Shown in pieces: positions 30,753 to 40,320 of a stretch of DNA of 64,000 nucleotides (positions within the stretch are counted from its first letter, which is position 1; each line of letters begins with the position of its first letter). The position numbers and the translations under genes were made by a program. Below the pieces are notes generated by a model. The model saw nothing but the letters and a program-made list of their open reading frames with translations. It made no database searches and was not told where the DNA came from. Source of the stretch: an uncultured Chloroflexia bacterium (lineage in GTDB: Bacteria > Chloroflexota > Limnocylindria > Limnocylindrales > CSP1-4); assembly GCA_963766735.1 (NCBI GenBank), contig CAVYBU010000004.1, positions 64,001 through 128,000 of the forward strand. The letters run 5' to 3'.

Positions 30753-31847
30753 TCAGGCCGGCTTGACGTCCGGGTTCGGCAGGACGATGTCGCGTACGAC
30801 GGCCTGGAGATCATGGTACGACGAGACGAAGCCGCGCAGCGTGCGCGCGGTGGCTCCGAAGCCCTCGAACTCCGCGGGCACCATGCCATCGGGCTCGTAG
30901 GCGCGGACGAAATCCGGGACCCGGCGCTGCAGATCGTCGATGAGCTGGGGATCGACGGGGACGTCGATCCGGCTGGCGGGCTCGATGCCCGAGGCGTTGA
31001 ACCGGACCTGCCAGGGGTACGGCATCGTGAGGACGACGTCGCCGCCCACGAGCTCGGTCCAATGGAGCCGGTGGCGGTACGCCGCCGCCAGCAGCCGGGT
31101 CCGGTACCCGCGTTCCTGGAAGATGCCGTAGGCGCGCTTGAACGCGGCGATGCCCGCCCAGTTGGCGGCAGACGGGTCGAGGGCGATGCTGTCCTTCTCG
31201 ACGAGCACCTTGATCCAGTCGTCCAGGCGCCCGATCATCAGCGAGCAGACCGGGCTGAACCGGCTGGTGTCGCCGCCAGCCTGCTCGTACCGGCGCAGGC
31301 CCCGCTCCACCGCCTCGGCCGCAGCGATGCACTGGGCAACGGTGAAGACAACCGTGACGTTGGCAACGACGCCCCGCGCCGTGGCGTCCTCCACGGCCTG
31401 GAGGCCGGCTGCAGTACACGGAAACTTGACCTGGATGTTCGGAGCCAGGGTGCTGAAGTGGACCGCCTGCTCGACCATGCGGTCGGGGGTGCGGTAGTTG
31501 GCAGGGTTCGTCTGCAGCGACAGCCTGCCCTTGCGGCCGTCCTCCTGCTCGAACACCGGCGCCAGGACCCCGGCGCCACGAGCGCCCATCTCCTCGATCA
31601 GCGCCCAGGTGAGCTCGACCTCGGACCAGGTGGGGTTGGCGGCCGCCATCTCGCGGACGCGCGGCACCCAGTGGTCCTTCTCCTTCTTCATCACCTCGAC
31701 CACGATCACGGGGTTCGAGGTGGCGCCGGTCCCGCCGCGCTCGACGGCGTAGGCGAGCTCTGCGATCGCGCAGGAGTCGTTCCAGAAGTCGGTGGGCGTC
31801 TGCTCCACCATGCGGGATAGCGGGCTGTTGACCGTGATCAGGGTCAT
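30753..31847 (-). CDS. Transaldolase-family protein (atypical active site), copy 2
   Basis: FWNDS, GATSNP, VKFP, ANVTVVFT, GRLDDW; ATGA-coupled to iolB. Confidence 0.85.
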   Translation of the reverse strand: MTLITVNSPLSRMVEQTPTDFWNDSCAIAELAYAVERGGTGATSNPVIVVEVMKKEKDHWVPRVREMAAANPTWSEVELTWALIEEMGARGAGVLAPVFEQEDGRKGRLSLQTNPANYRTPDRMVEQAVHFSTLAPNIQVKFPCTAAGLQAVEDATARGVVANVTVVFTVAQCIAAAEAVERGLRRYEQAGGDTSRFSPVCSLMIGRLDDWIKVLVEKDSIALDPSAANWAGIAAFKRAYGIFQERGYRTRLLAAAYRHRLHWTELVGGDVVLTMPYPWQVRFNASGIEPASRIDVPVDPQLIDDLQRRVPDFVRAYEPDGMVPAEFEGFGATARTLRGFVSSYHDLQAVVRDIVLPNPDVKPA

Positions 31848-32714
31848 CGGGTGGCGTCCTCCGTGGCCGCAACGGGTGCGGCCGGATCCCAGTTCATCAA
31901 CCAGGCGTGGTCGGGGTCGAGCGTGAAGTACCAGGCTCGGTTGGGGCCGGCCATCACGTTGAGGTAGTAGCAGTCGTACCCATGGGGCGCACCCACCGGG
32001 TGGTAGCCCTCGGGCACGACGATCAGGTCGCAGTCGCCCGGGGTCATGGCCTCGTCGAGGGAGCGGTCAGCGGTGTAGACGCGGGCGAACGCGAAACCCT
32101 GGGGCTTGGCGAAGCGGTAGAAGTACAGCTCTTCCAGGCGGGCCTCGACCGGCGGGTTCTCCGTGTCGTGCTTGTGGGGCGGGTAGCTGGACCAGTTGCC
32201 GCCGGGCGTGAACGCTTCGAAAGCGATCAGGCGGCCGGCCTCGGCGGACGGTGGCAGCAGGTGGTGGATCCGGCGCTCGGTCTGCCCGGACCCGCGATTC
32301 TCGACCAGGACGTCCTCCGGCGGCGACGAGGGCGGTTCGATGGACTGGGCCGCCGGGTGCCGCCCCGATCACGACGAGGGCATCGGTCTCCGCGACGACG
32401 TCCACGGGCAAGCCCGGCTCCACCAGGATCACGGGGCACGGCGGACCGTCGAACACGGTGGTCCGCGAGCCGACGACGCCGAAGTCGTGCTCCCCCGCCG
32501 TGACGGACGCGCGTCCCTCGAGAACGAGGATCAGCCGCTCCTGGTCGTCCGCCGGACGGCCCACCGCCTGGCCCGGCTGCAGGCGGTAGACGTGGCACGA
32601 CGTGTAGTCCCACCCGGCGGAGGCGGGATCGACCCCGACGATGAGCCCATCGGGCCCGGGGGTGGCCGCGCGGCGGAGGAGGCGCCGCGCGGCTCCCGGT
32701 CGGTCAATGCTCAT
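31844..32714 (-). CDS. iolB: 5-deoxy-glucuronate isomerase, with an apparent 1-bp frameshift near 32321
   Basis: N-terminal frame (AGWDY, SRTTVFDG) switches to a frame giving RGSGQTERRIHH, TPGGNWSSYPPHKHD, LEELYFY, VPEGYHP, YYLNVMAGP. Confidence 0.85.
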
Positions 32715-32892
32715 CGGGGGGCCCGCCCGCTGCGGTCCCGGCCGGGCTTCTGGGGGGTGCCCGCCGCCTCGCTGTTCATGTCGCCCTCCACGGTCGGGCC
32801 TGTGGCCCCGCCCGTCACTCGCCTGGCCGGGGGCCCCTCGGTCCCGTCCGGCGACCGTCCGCCGAGCAGTCCACGGGTCGGCATGTTCCCTA

Positions 32893-32976
32893 ACAATCGA
32901 TTATCGAGCATACCCGCTGACTGGCCCGAGGTCAACCCGTCCGCGTCCAGTCGTCCACCGCTCAGCAATCGATTAC
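32893..32976. promoter_or_regulatory. Two LacI-type operators upstream of iolB
   Basis: ACAATCGATTAT at 32893-32904 and GCAATCGATTAC at 32965-32976. Confidence 0.68.
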
Positions 32977-33150
32977 ATGGACCATCTTGCGCTCATGCCG
33001 GACCAGCGTCAAGGGCGTCCGGTGAGGCTTGGGGGCGGCCGGCGGCGCAATCCGAGCGGACCGGCGCTCCCGCGGCGATCGCGTCCCGGATGAGGACCGG
33101 CCCGGGCGCAAGCCCGGGCCGGTGGTTCCTCGAATGCTTCGCCGGACGGC

Positions 33151-34479
33151 TCAGGGGCGGCGCATCGACTTCCCGTCCGCGGTGCGCATCCGGGACGAGT
33201 TGCTCGCCGCAAAGTGGCGCCGCTTGAGGTCCATCTCGGCCATCGGCGCCGAGTAGGCTGGTGCCTCCTCCTGCAGGTTCTGGGCCATCTCGCGAAGCTC
33301 GAGGTCGTTTCCCGCGTACTCCTCGATCCGGACGCGGACCCGGGCCAGCAGGTCGCCCGCCTCGACGTAGCGGCCCTCGCGATTGAGGTTCACGGCGTCC
33401 TGGCGTGCCCGTTCCGCGAACAGCCGTGCCACGACGCGGTCCACGTCCTTGTCCCGCGGCTGGACGTCGTTCGCGGCGTGGTCCGCATACTGCCACGCGA
33501 GCGAGACCGGCTCCGGGGCGGGAAGGGCCGTCTCGAACGCGCGATCCCGGTCCGAGACGCGGACGATCACTCCGACCTCGCGGCCCACATCGCCGAAGTC
33601 GAAGGTGACCCGAAGGACGACCGAGAGCACCTGCCCCGACAACATGTCGCCGAGGTAGACACGGGCGCGGCCGGGGCTCTGCTCCACGCGGAATGGCGAG
33701 AGAGGGGCCACCCGCACCAATTCAGGCAGCGTCAGGTCGAGGACAACCTCGCGGGCGACGACCTCCAGGGTCTCCCCCACCTCACTCGTGATGTGGTCGC
33801 GCATCTGCGCCACGTCCCCGATGAAGTAGAAGTGGCCGCCGCCGCTGTCCGCCATTGCCTGGAGGAGCGACTCGTCGAAGTCCGTTCCGACGCCGAAGGT
33901 ACTGGTGGTGACCCCGCGGCGACGCAGGTCGTAGGCAAGGCGCGCGAGCTCCTCGTGGTCGGTGACGCCGCGGTTGGCGAGGCCGTCCGTGAGCAGGAGG
34001 ACACGGTTGACGCCCTCGGCCGCCAGGCCCGCCGCAACCTGCTCGCAGCCGCTCAGCCAGCCGCCGTGCAGGTCCGTGCTGTTGCGTGCGCCGATCGAAC
34101 GCAGGCGCTCAGCCGCAGCGCCCCGGGACGCCGTGGTGGCCTCGGTGCCCGGCACCACGACATCCACCTGGTCGTCGTACGTGACCACGGCAAAGCGATC
34201 CGGGGCGTTCAGCCGGTGGATGGCCTCCACCACGGCCTGCTTGGCGAGCGCGATCTTGTTGTGGCCACCCATGGATCCTGAGCGGTCCAGCACGAAACCG
34301 AGGTTGACCGGAGGGCGGCGGCGCTCCGGATCCGGGGCGACGGTCGGGGCGACGACATCCACGAGCAGGAAACGCTCGCTGCGGCCGTGGGCGCGGATGA
34401 GCCGGCGGTCCGGGCGGACCACCAGGCGGGGATCGGCGAGTCGGGCCGGACCGTGGTCCGGCGTCTGGGGCGTGGTCAT
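33151..34479 (-). CDS. VWA domain protein (YfbK/Ca-activated chloride channel-like family)
   Basis: MIDAS VLDRSGSM, LLLTDGLANRG, GVGTDFDE, GGGHFYFI. Confidence 0.88.
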   Translation of the reverse strand: MTTPQTPDHGPARLADPRLVVRPDRRLIRAHGRSERFLLVDVVAPTVAPDPERRRPPVNLGFVLDRSGSMGGHNKIALAKQAVVEAIHRLNAPDRFAVVTYDDQVDVVVPGTEATTASRGAAAERLRSIGARNSTDLHGGWLSGCEQVAAGLAAEGVNRVLLLTDGLANRGVTDHEELARLAYDLRRRGVTTSTFGVGTDFDESLLQAMADSGGGHFYFIGDVAQMRDHITSEVGETLEVVAREVVLDLTLPELVRVAPLSPFRVEQSPGRARVYLGDMLSGQVLSVVLRVTFDFGDVGREVGVIVRVSDRDRAFETALPAPEPVSLAWQYADHAANDVQPRDKDVDRVVARLFAERARQDAVNLNREGRYVEAGDLLARVRVRIEEYAGNDLELREMAQNLQEEAPAYSAPMAEMDLKRRHFAASNSSRMRTADGKSMRRP

Positions 34480-34604
34480 GGAAGGGCCTCCTTCTCGAAG
34501 CGGCTTCGAGGCCCGAATGGGGCGGGTCTCACGATGGGCGGCAGGACGTTCGGCGGCGTCCGGTCGCCGGGTGGAAGGTGGGGCCGCAAGCCCCGCGTGT
34601 ACGG

Positions 34605-35354
34605 CTACGGATCCTCGTCGAACAGCTCCCGGGCGATGCGGGCGAGCTGGTCGACGCGCTTGTTGGCGATGCGGTCCAGGGGCCGGCGGACGTGGATCTC
34701 CACGTCCGCACTGATGACGAGACGCTCCCAGGTGCTGCGGTCCCCGGCAACCGGACGGGAGGGAGCGGCGGGCTCCGCAGCGGCGTCGGGCTCCGTGGCA
34801 GCTGCCCGCGCGAGCGCGAGTGGAGTGGCGTGGTCCGCGACGTGTCCCGACGCGACCTCCTCCGCCGGGTCCCTGAAGAACCCGGCTGGCGGTTCGCCGG
34901 TGGGCGGCCCGGGGGCATGCAGGGCAGCCAGACCCGGAATGGCCCGCGTCGTGGGCGCGGCCGACGCGGCGTATGGGGCGACGGCCTCCGACGCCTGGCC
35001 GTGGACGCGCGGCGAGACGCCGGCCTTCGCCATCAGCGTTCGCACGTAGTCCAGCGTCTCCTCGCCAGACCGGGGCGGCTCCGGGGTCACGTTGCCAGAC
35101 GCATCCAGCAGCGCCCGGACCTCTTCGTCCCCCATCCGCTCCAGGCGGATCCGGATCTCCGCCAGCGGCAGGTGGTCCCGCTGCAGGCGCCTGATGAGGC
35201 GCAGCCGCGCAAGGTGCCCGTCGCCGTAGCGCGTCGCCGGGCCGGCGGCCTCCGGCGAGGGCAGCAGGCCCTGGGCCACGTAGTAGCGGACCGTGCGTGG
35301 GGTCACGTCCGCCAGGCGGGCCAGGTCGGCAAGGCTGTACGGGTCATCGGGCAT
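34605..35354 (-). CDS. MerR-like HTH regulator with low-complexity linker and short C-terminal motif
   Basis: YSLADLARLADVTPRTVRYYVAQGLL..Y..HLARLRLIRRLQ. Confidence 0.85.
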   Translation of the reverse strand: MPDDPYSLADLARLADVTPRTVRYYVAQGLLPSPEAAGPATRYGDGHLARLRLIRRLQRDHLPLAEIRIRLERMGDEEVRALLDASGNVTPEPPRSGEETLDYVRTLMAKAGVSPRVHGQASEAVAPYAASAAPTTRAIPGLAALHAPGPPTGEPPAGFFRDPAEEVASGHVADHATPLALARAAATEPDAAAEPAAPSRPVAGDRSTWERLVISADVEIHVRRPLDRIANKRVDQLARIARELFDEDP

Positions 35355-35360
35355 GCGCCG

Positions 35361-35389
35361 ATTGTGACACTACTACGTGCGACTGTCAA
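35361..35389 (-). promoter_or_regulatory. Leaderless promoter of the MerR-like gene with an overlapping inverted repeat
   Basis: TTGACA-17 bp-CACAAT, 6 nt before ATG; TGACA-N14-TGTCA at 35365-35388. Confidence 0.72.
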
Positions 35390-35467
35390 GACCTGCTTGG
35401 CCATTGCAGTACCCATAGCCCGAAAGGCCGTCTACCGCCGTTGGCGTTGGTCTGGCACCCTCCTGGC

Positions 35468-37093
35468 ATGCGATCGATCATCACCGTGCTCGCCATCGCC
35501 GTCGCGCTCATCGTGCCGGCCGCCCTTCCCGGCCCGACTGCGGCCGCGGAGCCGGACTTCCCGACCTCCATGAGCGGCTACCACAACTGGACCGAGCTGG
35601 TCGACGAGATCACGCAGGTGCAAGCGGACCATCCGGACATCGTCTCGGTCTTCTCGATCGGCAAGAGCGCACAGGGACGTGACATCTGGGCCGCCAAGAT
35701 CAGCGACAACGTGGCGACGGACGAGGCCGAACCCGAGGTCCTGATCGATGCCCTCCACCACGCCCGTGAGCACCTGACAACCGAGCAGGCGCTTGCGCTC
35801 CTGGGCTGGCTGACCGCGGATTACGGAACCGATGAGACCGTGACGCGCCTGGTCGATACCCGCGAGATCTTCGTCATCTTCGCGGTCAACCCGGACGGCC
35901 TCAGGTACGACCTGACCGGCTCCCCGTTCCGCGCCTGGCGCAAGAACCGCCAGCCGAACGCGGGCTCCACGGCCGTGGGCACCGACCTGAACCGCAACTA
36001 CGGGTATCGCTGGGGATGCTGTTCGGGCTCGTCCGGCAACCCCAAGTCCATCTTCTACCGCGGTCCAGCCGCGTTCTCCGCGCCCGAGACGCGGGCCGTC
36101 CGGGACTTCGTGAGCGGCCGCGTGATCGGCGGTGTCCAGCAGATCCGGACGCACATCACGCTCCACACCAACGGCCGGCTCATCCTGTGGCCGTACGGCT
36201 ACACGCGGACCGACATCCCGCCGGACATGACCACGCTCGATCACAGCACGTTCGTCTCCCTTGGCCGGGCGATGGCCGCGCTCAATGGGTACGCGGCCAA
36301 GCAGTCGTCGAGCATGTACGTCACCGACGGCGACCAGATCGACTGGATGTACGGGGCACACCGGATCTTCAGCTACACCTTCGAGCTGTATCCGCCCGAG
36401 ACGGGATCGGTCCTGACCGACCACTACCCGCCCGAATCCGTGATCACCCCCCAGACAGAACGCAACCGTGACGCGATCCTGCTGCTGATCGACCGCGCGG
36501 CGTGCCCGTACGCGACCCTCGGGACCGCGGCCAGGCGGGCGGATTGCGGTCCCCTGTACGACGACCTGGAGATCAACCGGGGCTGGGTGCGCAACCCCTT
36601 CCGCACGGACACCGCTACCCGGGGCCTGTGGGCGGTCGGCAACCCACAGCCGACGGCCTCCTACGGGCGGAAGCAGCTCGGGACTGTGGTCTCGGGCCGG
36701 CGCGCGCTCGTGACGGGAGCGGCAGCCGGTCGCAGCGCGACCTACGGGGACGTCGATGGCGGCCGGACCACGATCCGGAGCCGGGCGATCACGCTGCCCG
36801 CGGACCCGGCGAAGTTCGGCCACCTGACCTTCCGCTACTACCTGGCCCATCGTTCCAACGCGACGTCCACGGACTACCTCCGGATGATCGTCGAAGCGGA
36901 GGATGGCACCCAGACGGTCGTCCTCCAGGAGCGCGGTGCCCCGAACGACGACGACGCGGCCTGGGCGTCCGCCTCGGTGTCGGTGGCGAGGTGGGCGGGA
37001 CAGACGATCCACCTGATCGTCGCCGCGAACGATGGCGGGAGGGCGAGCCTGGTCGAGGCCGCCGTGGACGATATCCGGATCCGCCTCCCGTAG
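35468..37093 (+). CDS. Secreted M14 zinc carboxypeptidase (carboxypeptidase T-like) with a C-terminal beta-sandwich-like domain
   Basis: Signal peptide; HHAREH, NPDG, WRKNR, DLNRNY, TLHT, YTFEL. Confidence 0.88.
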   Translation: MRSIITVLAIAVALIVPAALPGPTAAAEPDFPTSMSGYHNWTELVDEITQVQADHPDIVSVFSIGKSAQGRDIWAAKISDNVATDEAEPEVLIDALHHAREHLTTEQALALLGWLTADYGTDETVTRLVDTREIFVIFAVNPDGLRYDLTGSPFRAWRKNRQPNAGSTAVGTDLNRNYGYRWGCCSGSSGNPKSIFYRGPAAFSAPETRAVRDFVSGRVIGGVQQIRTHITLHTNGRLILWPYGYTRTDIPPDMTTLDHSTFVSLGRAMAALNGYAAKQSSSMYVTDGDQIDWMYGAHRIFSYTFELYPPETGSVLTDHYPPESVITPQTERNRDAILLLIDRAACPYATLGTAARRADCGPLYDDLEINRGWVRNPFRTDTATRGLWAVGNPQPTASYGRKQLGTVVSGRRALVTGAAAGRSATYGDVDGGRTTIRSRAITLPADPAKFGHLTFRYYLAHRSNATSTDYLRMIVEAEDGTQTVVLQERGAPNDDDAAWASASVSVARWAGQTIHLIVAANDGGRASLVEAAVDDIRIRLP

Positions 37094-37172
37094 CAGCCCG
37101 GGGCACCGTCGTCGTGTAGCCTCGTGCGGAACGAGACCACTCGGTCCGGCATGGTTTGACCCGGGAGGCGGC

Positions 37173-38115
37173 ATGGGCGACATCGGCGCACTGCGCGGGG
37201 TCTGGAACATCGTGCCGACGCCGTTTGCGCCCGACGGCGCGGTGGACGACGCGTCGATCCCGGGCCTGGTCTCCTTCGTCCGCGCGACGGGCGTGGACGG
37301 GATGACGATCCTGGGCGTGCTCGGTGAGGCCGGCCGGCTGGGTGACGCGGAACGCACGCTCGTCCTGGCCGGTGTCCTCGAGGCCGCCGCGGGCACGATC
37401 CCCGTCTGCGTCGGCGTCTCGCACGCCGCCACGGACCGCGCGATCGCGTTCGCCCGGGAAGCCGAGGCCGCCGGCGCCCACTCGGTGATGCTGGCCCCGC
37501 CGCCGCTCGCCCGACCCACGGACGCGGCGCTCCGCCGCCACTACCTCGCCGTCGCGGAGGCGATCTCGATCCCGGTCGTCGTGCAGGATCACCCGGCGAG
37601 CTCCGGGGTGCCGATGACATCCGACTTCCTGCTGTCGCTGGCGGCCGAGTCGCCGCAGTGTCGCGTGATCAAGCTGGAGGAGGAGCCGACGCCACCGAAG
37701 GCGGGTCGGCTCGTCGCCGGATCGCCGGACGTGCTGGTCCTGGGCGGGCTCGGCGGCGAGATGCTCATCGAGGAGCTGCGGCCGGGGCACCCACGGGACG
37801 ATGACGGGCTTCGGGTTCCCGGAGGTGCTGGTCGCGGTGGTGCGGCGCTGGTTCGCCGGTGACCGGGCCGGGGCCGCGGGCATCTTCGACCGCTACGCCA
37901 CGCTGATCCGGTTCGAGAACCAGGCCCTGCTCAACCTGCCGATCCGGAAGCTGGTCTACCAGCGGCGTGGGGCGATCGCCCATGCAACGGTCCGGGCGCC
38001 CGGCGTGGGTCCGGACCCGGCGACGATCGGCGACCTGGACGACGTGCTGCGGCGGACGGGCCTCGACCGGCACCTGGCCGCGGGCTCGGTGCTGGGCGAG
38101 CTGCTGGGAGGCTGA
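37173..38115 (+). CDS. Dihydrodipicolinate synthase-family aldolase/dehydratase, with an apparent 1-bp frameshift near 37782
   Basis: PTPF, GVLGE, MLAPP, VQD, IKLEE; continuation THGTMTGFGFPE..IRKLVYQRRG is in another frame. Confidence 0.78.
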
Positions 38116-38242
38116 GGCCCGGTCGCGTCGCGGGTCTCTCGCGCCTGCAACGCTGCTGCAGGCCCGCTGCGCCGGTCAGCCGCGGGACCCGTCGCTGACG
38201 TCCGGACTCGCCGGCGCCGTGCCTGGACCGCGCGTCGTGGGT

Positions 38243-39010
38243 CTACGGCAGCGCGCGGATCATGCCTCCGTCCACCGGCACGATCGCCCCGGTCACGAAC
38301 GACGCGGCCGGCGAGAGCAGGAACGCCCCAACCCGGCCGATCTCCGCCACGTCCCCGTAGCGACCGAGCGGGATGGTCGCCTGGGTCCGCCGAGCGATCT
38401 CCTCGGGCGTGACGCCGGCCGCCTCCGCCCGCTTGCCGTCCAGGAACGCGATCCTGTCCGTTGCGATCCGGCCGGGTGCCAGCCCGTTGATCCGGATCGG
38501 AGCGATCTCCGCGGTCAGCGACTTGACGAGGCCGGCCAGCCCCGGACGCAGGACGTTGGACGTCGTGAGGGCCGGGATCGGCTCCCGGACGGACGAGGAC
38601 AGCACGATGAGGATCGAAGGGTTCACGCCCGCCCGCAGGTGCGGCAGGGAGGCCCGGATCAGACGGAGCGTGGACTGGAGCGTCCCGGCGATCGCCGCCT
38701 CCCACTCCGCCTCGCCGAGGGTCTCGAACGTGCCGCCGGGAGGGCCCCCGGTGTTGACGACCACGAGGTCGAGCCCTCCGAGCGCAGCGACAGCCTCCTC
38801 GACGGCGCCACGCGGGCCATCGGGCGACGCGAGATCCGCGACGACACCCACGCCTCCCAGGCGGACCGCCTCGGCCTCGATCCGCGCCCTTGTCCGGCCC
38901 ACGAGCGCCACGCGCGCGCCCTCGCCCGCCAGGGCCGTGGCGATCCCGCCGCCGATCCCCGATCCCCCGCCGCCGACGAGCGCCCGTCGGCCGTTCAGTC
39001 CCAGATCCAT
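38243..39010 (-). CDS. SDR family oxidoreductase
   Basis: MDLGL..GGGSGIG, NTGGPP, SNVLR, PGRIAT, PLGRYG, VDGG. Confidence 0.88.
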   Translation of the reverse strand: MDLGLNGRRALVGGGGSGIGGGIATALAGEGARVALVGRTRARIEAEAVRLGGVGVVADLASPDGPRGAVEEAVAALGGLDLVVVNTGGPPGGTFETLGEAEWEAAIAGTLQSTLRLIRASLPHLRAGVNPSILIVLSSSVREPIPALTTSNVLRPGLAGLVKSLTAEIAPIRINGLAPGRIATDRIAFLDGKRAEAAGVTPEEIARRTQATIPLGRYGDVAEIGRVGAFLLSPAASFVTGAIVPVDGGMIRALP

Positions 39011-39053
39011 GGCTGCCTCCGGTGTGTGACGCGATCAGCGTACCGGGCGCCCG

Positions 39054-40319
39054 CTACACGAGGTACCGCAGGTACAGGTACACAGTCGAGATCGCCAGCG
39101 AAGCGGCAACCACTCCGAACCCGTATCGGAAGAACTGGAAGAACGTGATCGGGTGGCCGTCCCGTGCGGCCACGTTGGACACGACGATGTTCGCCGACGC
39201 CCCCACGATCGTCAGGTTGCCGCCCAGGCATGCCCCGAGGGCCAGCGCCCACCACAGGGGCTCCGCCGGCAGGCCCGTCGCCGCCAGCTGCTGGACGACC
39301 GGGATCGCGGTAGCGGTGTACGGGATGTTGTCCACGATCGCCGAGACCCCGGCGGAGAACCACAGGATCGCGATCGTGGCGACCGTGAGATTGCCGCCGG
39401 TCGCATTCGCCACCGCATCTGCGATCCCGCCCACGATCCCGACCTGGACGATGGCCTCGACCATGATGAACAGCCCGACGAAGAAGAACAGCGTGTTCCA
39501 CTCGACCTCGCTGAGGGCTTCGTGCGGCTCCAGGCGGCCGAGCAGCATGACCAGCGTCGCACCCAGGAGGGCGATCGTGGCGGCCTCCAGATGCAGGGCC
39601 GAATGGAACACGAAGGCGACCATCGTCGCGCCCAGGACGATCAGGATCCGGATCATCAGCGGGCGATCCAGGATCGCGGCCGACGGATCCACCAGGGCGA
39701 GTCGATCCAGGCGGTCCGCGTCGTCGTCCATGTGATACCGGAACGTCAGCCGCATGATCCCCAGGAACACGACGAAGATGATCACGACCACGGGGGCCAG
39801 GTTGACCAGGAAGTCGGCGAAGCTCAGGCCCGCCGCGGATCCGATCATGATGTTGGGCGGATCGCCGATCAGGGTCGCCGTCCCGCCGATGTTCGAGGCG
39901 AAGATCTCGCTGATCAGGTAGGGGAACGGATTGACCCGGAGCGTGCGCGTGATCGCGAGCGTGACCGGTGTCAGCAGGACGACCGTCGTCACGTTGTCCA
40001 GCATGGCCGAGAGCACGGCCGTCAGGATCGAGAGGAAGATCAGGAGGCGGAACGGCTCGCCCTTCGAGAAGTGGATCGCGTAGCCCGCGACGTACTCGAA
40101 GAAGCCGGTCTTGCGGAGCGCTCCCGCCATCACCATCATCCCCGCCAGCAGGAAGATGACGTTGAAGTCGATGGCGGCGAAGGCTTCGCCCTGCTCGAGG
40201 ATCCCGAGCACGATGACGAGCATCCCGCCGAGCAGGGCCACCTTGGTCCGGTCGACACGCTCGGTGGCGATCAGGAGGTAGGCGACGAGGAAGATTCCAC
40301 CCGCGATGTAGACGTCCAC
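39054..40319 (-). CDS. ArsB/NhaD (SLC13-like) family transporter
   Basis: LDNVTTVVL, SNIGGTATLIGDPPN, DNIP, GACLGGNLTIVGASAN. Confidence 0.87.
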   Translation of the reverse strand: MDVYIAGGIFLVAYLLIATERVDRTKVALLGGMLVIVLGILEQGEAFAAIDFNVIFLLAGMMVMAGALRKTGFFEYVAGYAIHFSKGEPFRLLIFLSILTAVLSAMLDNVTTVVLLTPVTLAITRTLRVNPFPYLISEIFASNIGGTATLIGDPPNIMIGSAAGLSFADFLVNLAPVVVIIFVVFLGIMRLTFRYHMDDDADRLDRLALVDPSAAILDRPLMIRILIVLGATMVAFVFHSALHLEAATIALLGATLVMLLGRLEPHEALSEVEWNTLFFFVGLFIMVEAIVQVGIVGGIADAVANATGGNLTVATIAILWFSAGVSAIVDNIPYTATAIPVVQQLAATGLPAEPLWWALALGACLGGNLTIVGASANIVVSNVAARDGHPITFFQFFRYGFGVVAASLAISTVYLYLRYLV

Positions 40320-40320
40320 G

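Noticed and set aside
32315-32330. Programmed ribosomal frameshift in iolB
   Set aside because: No slippery sequence; a sequencing indel is more parsimonious.
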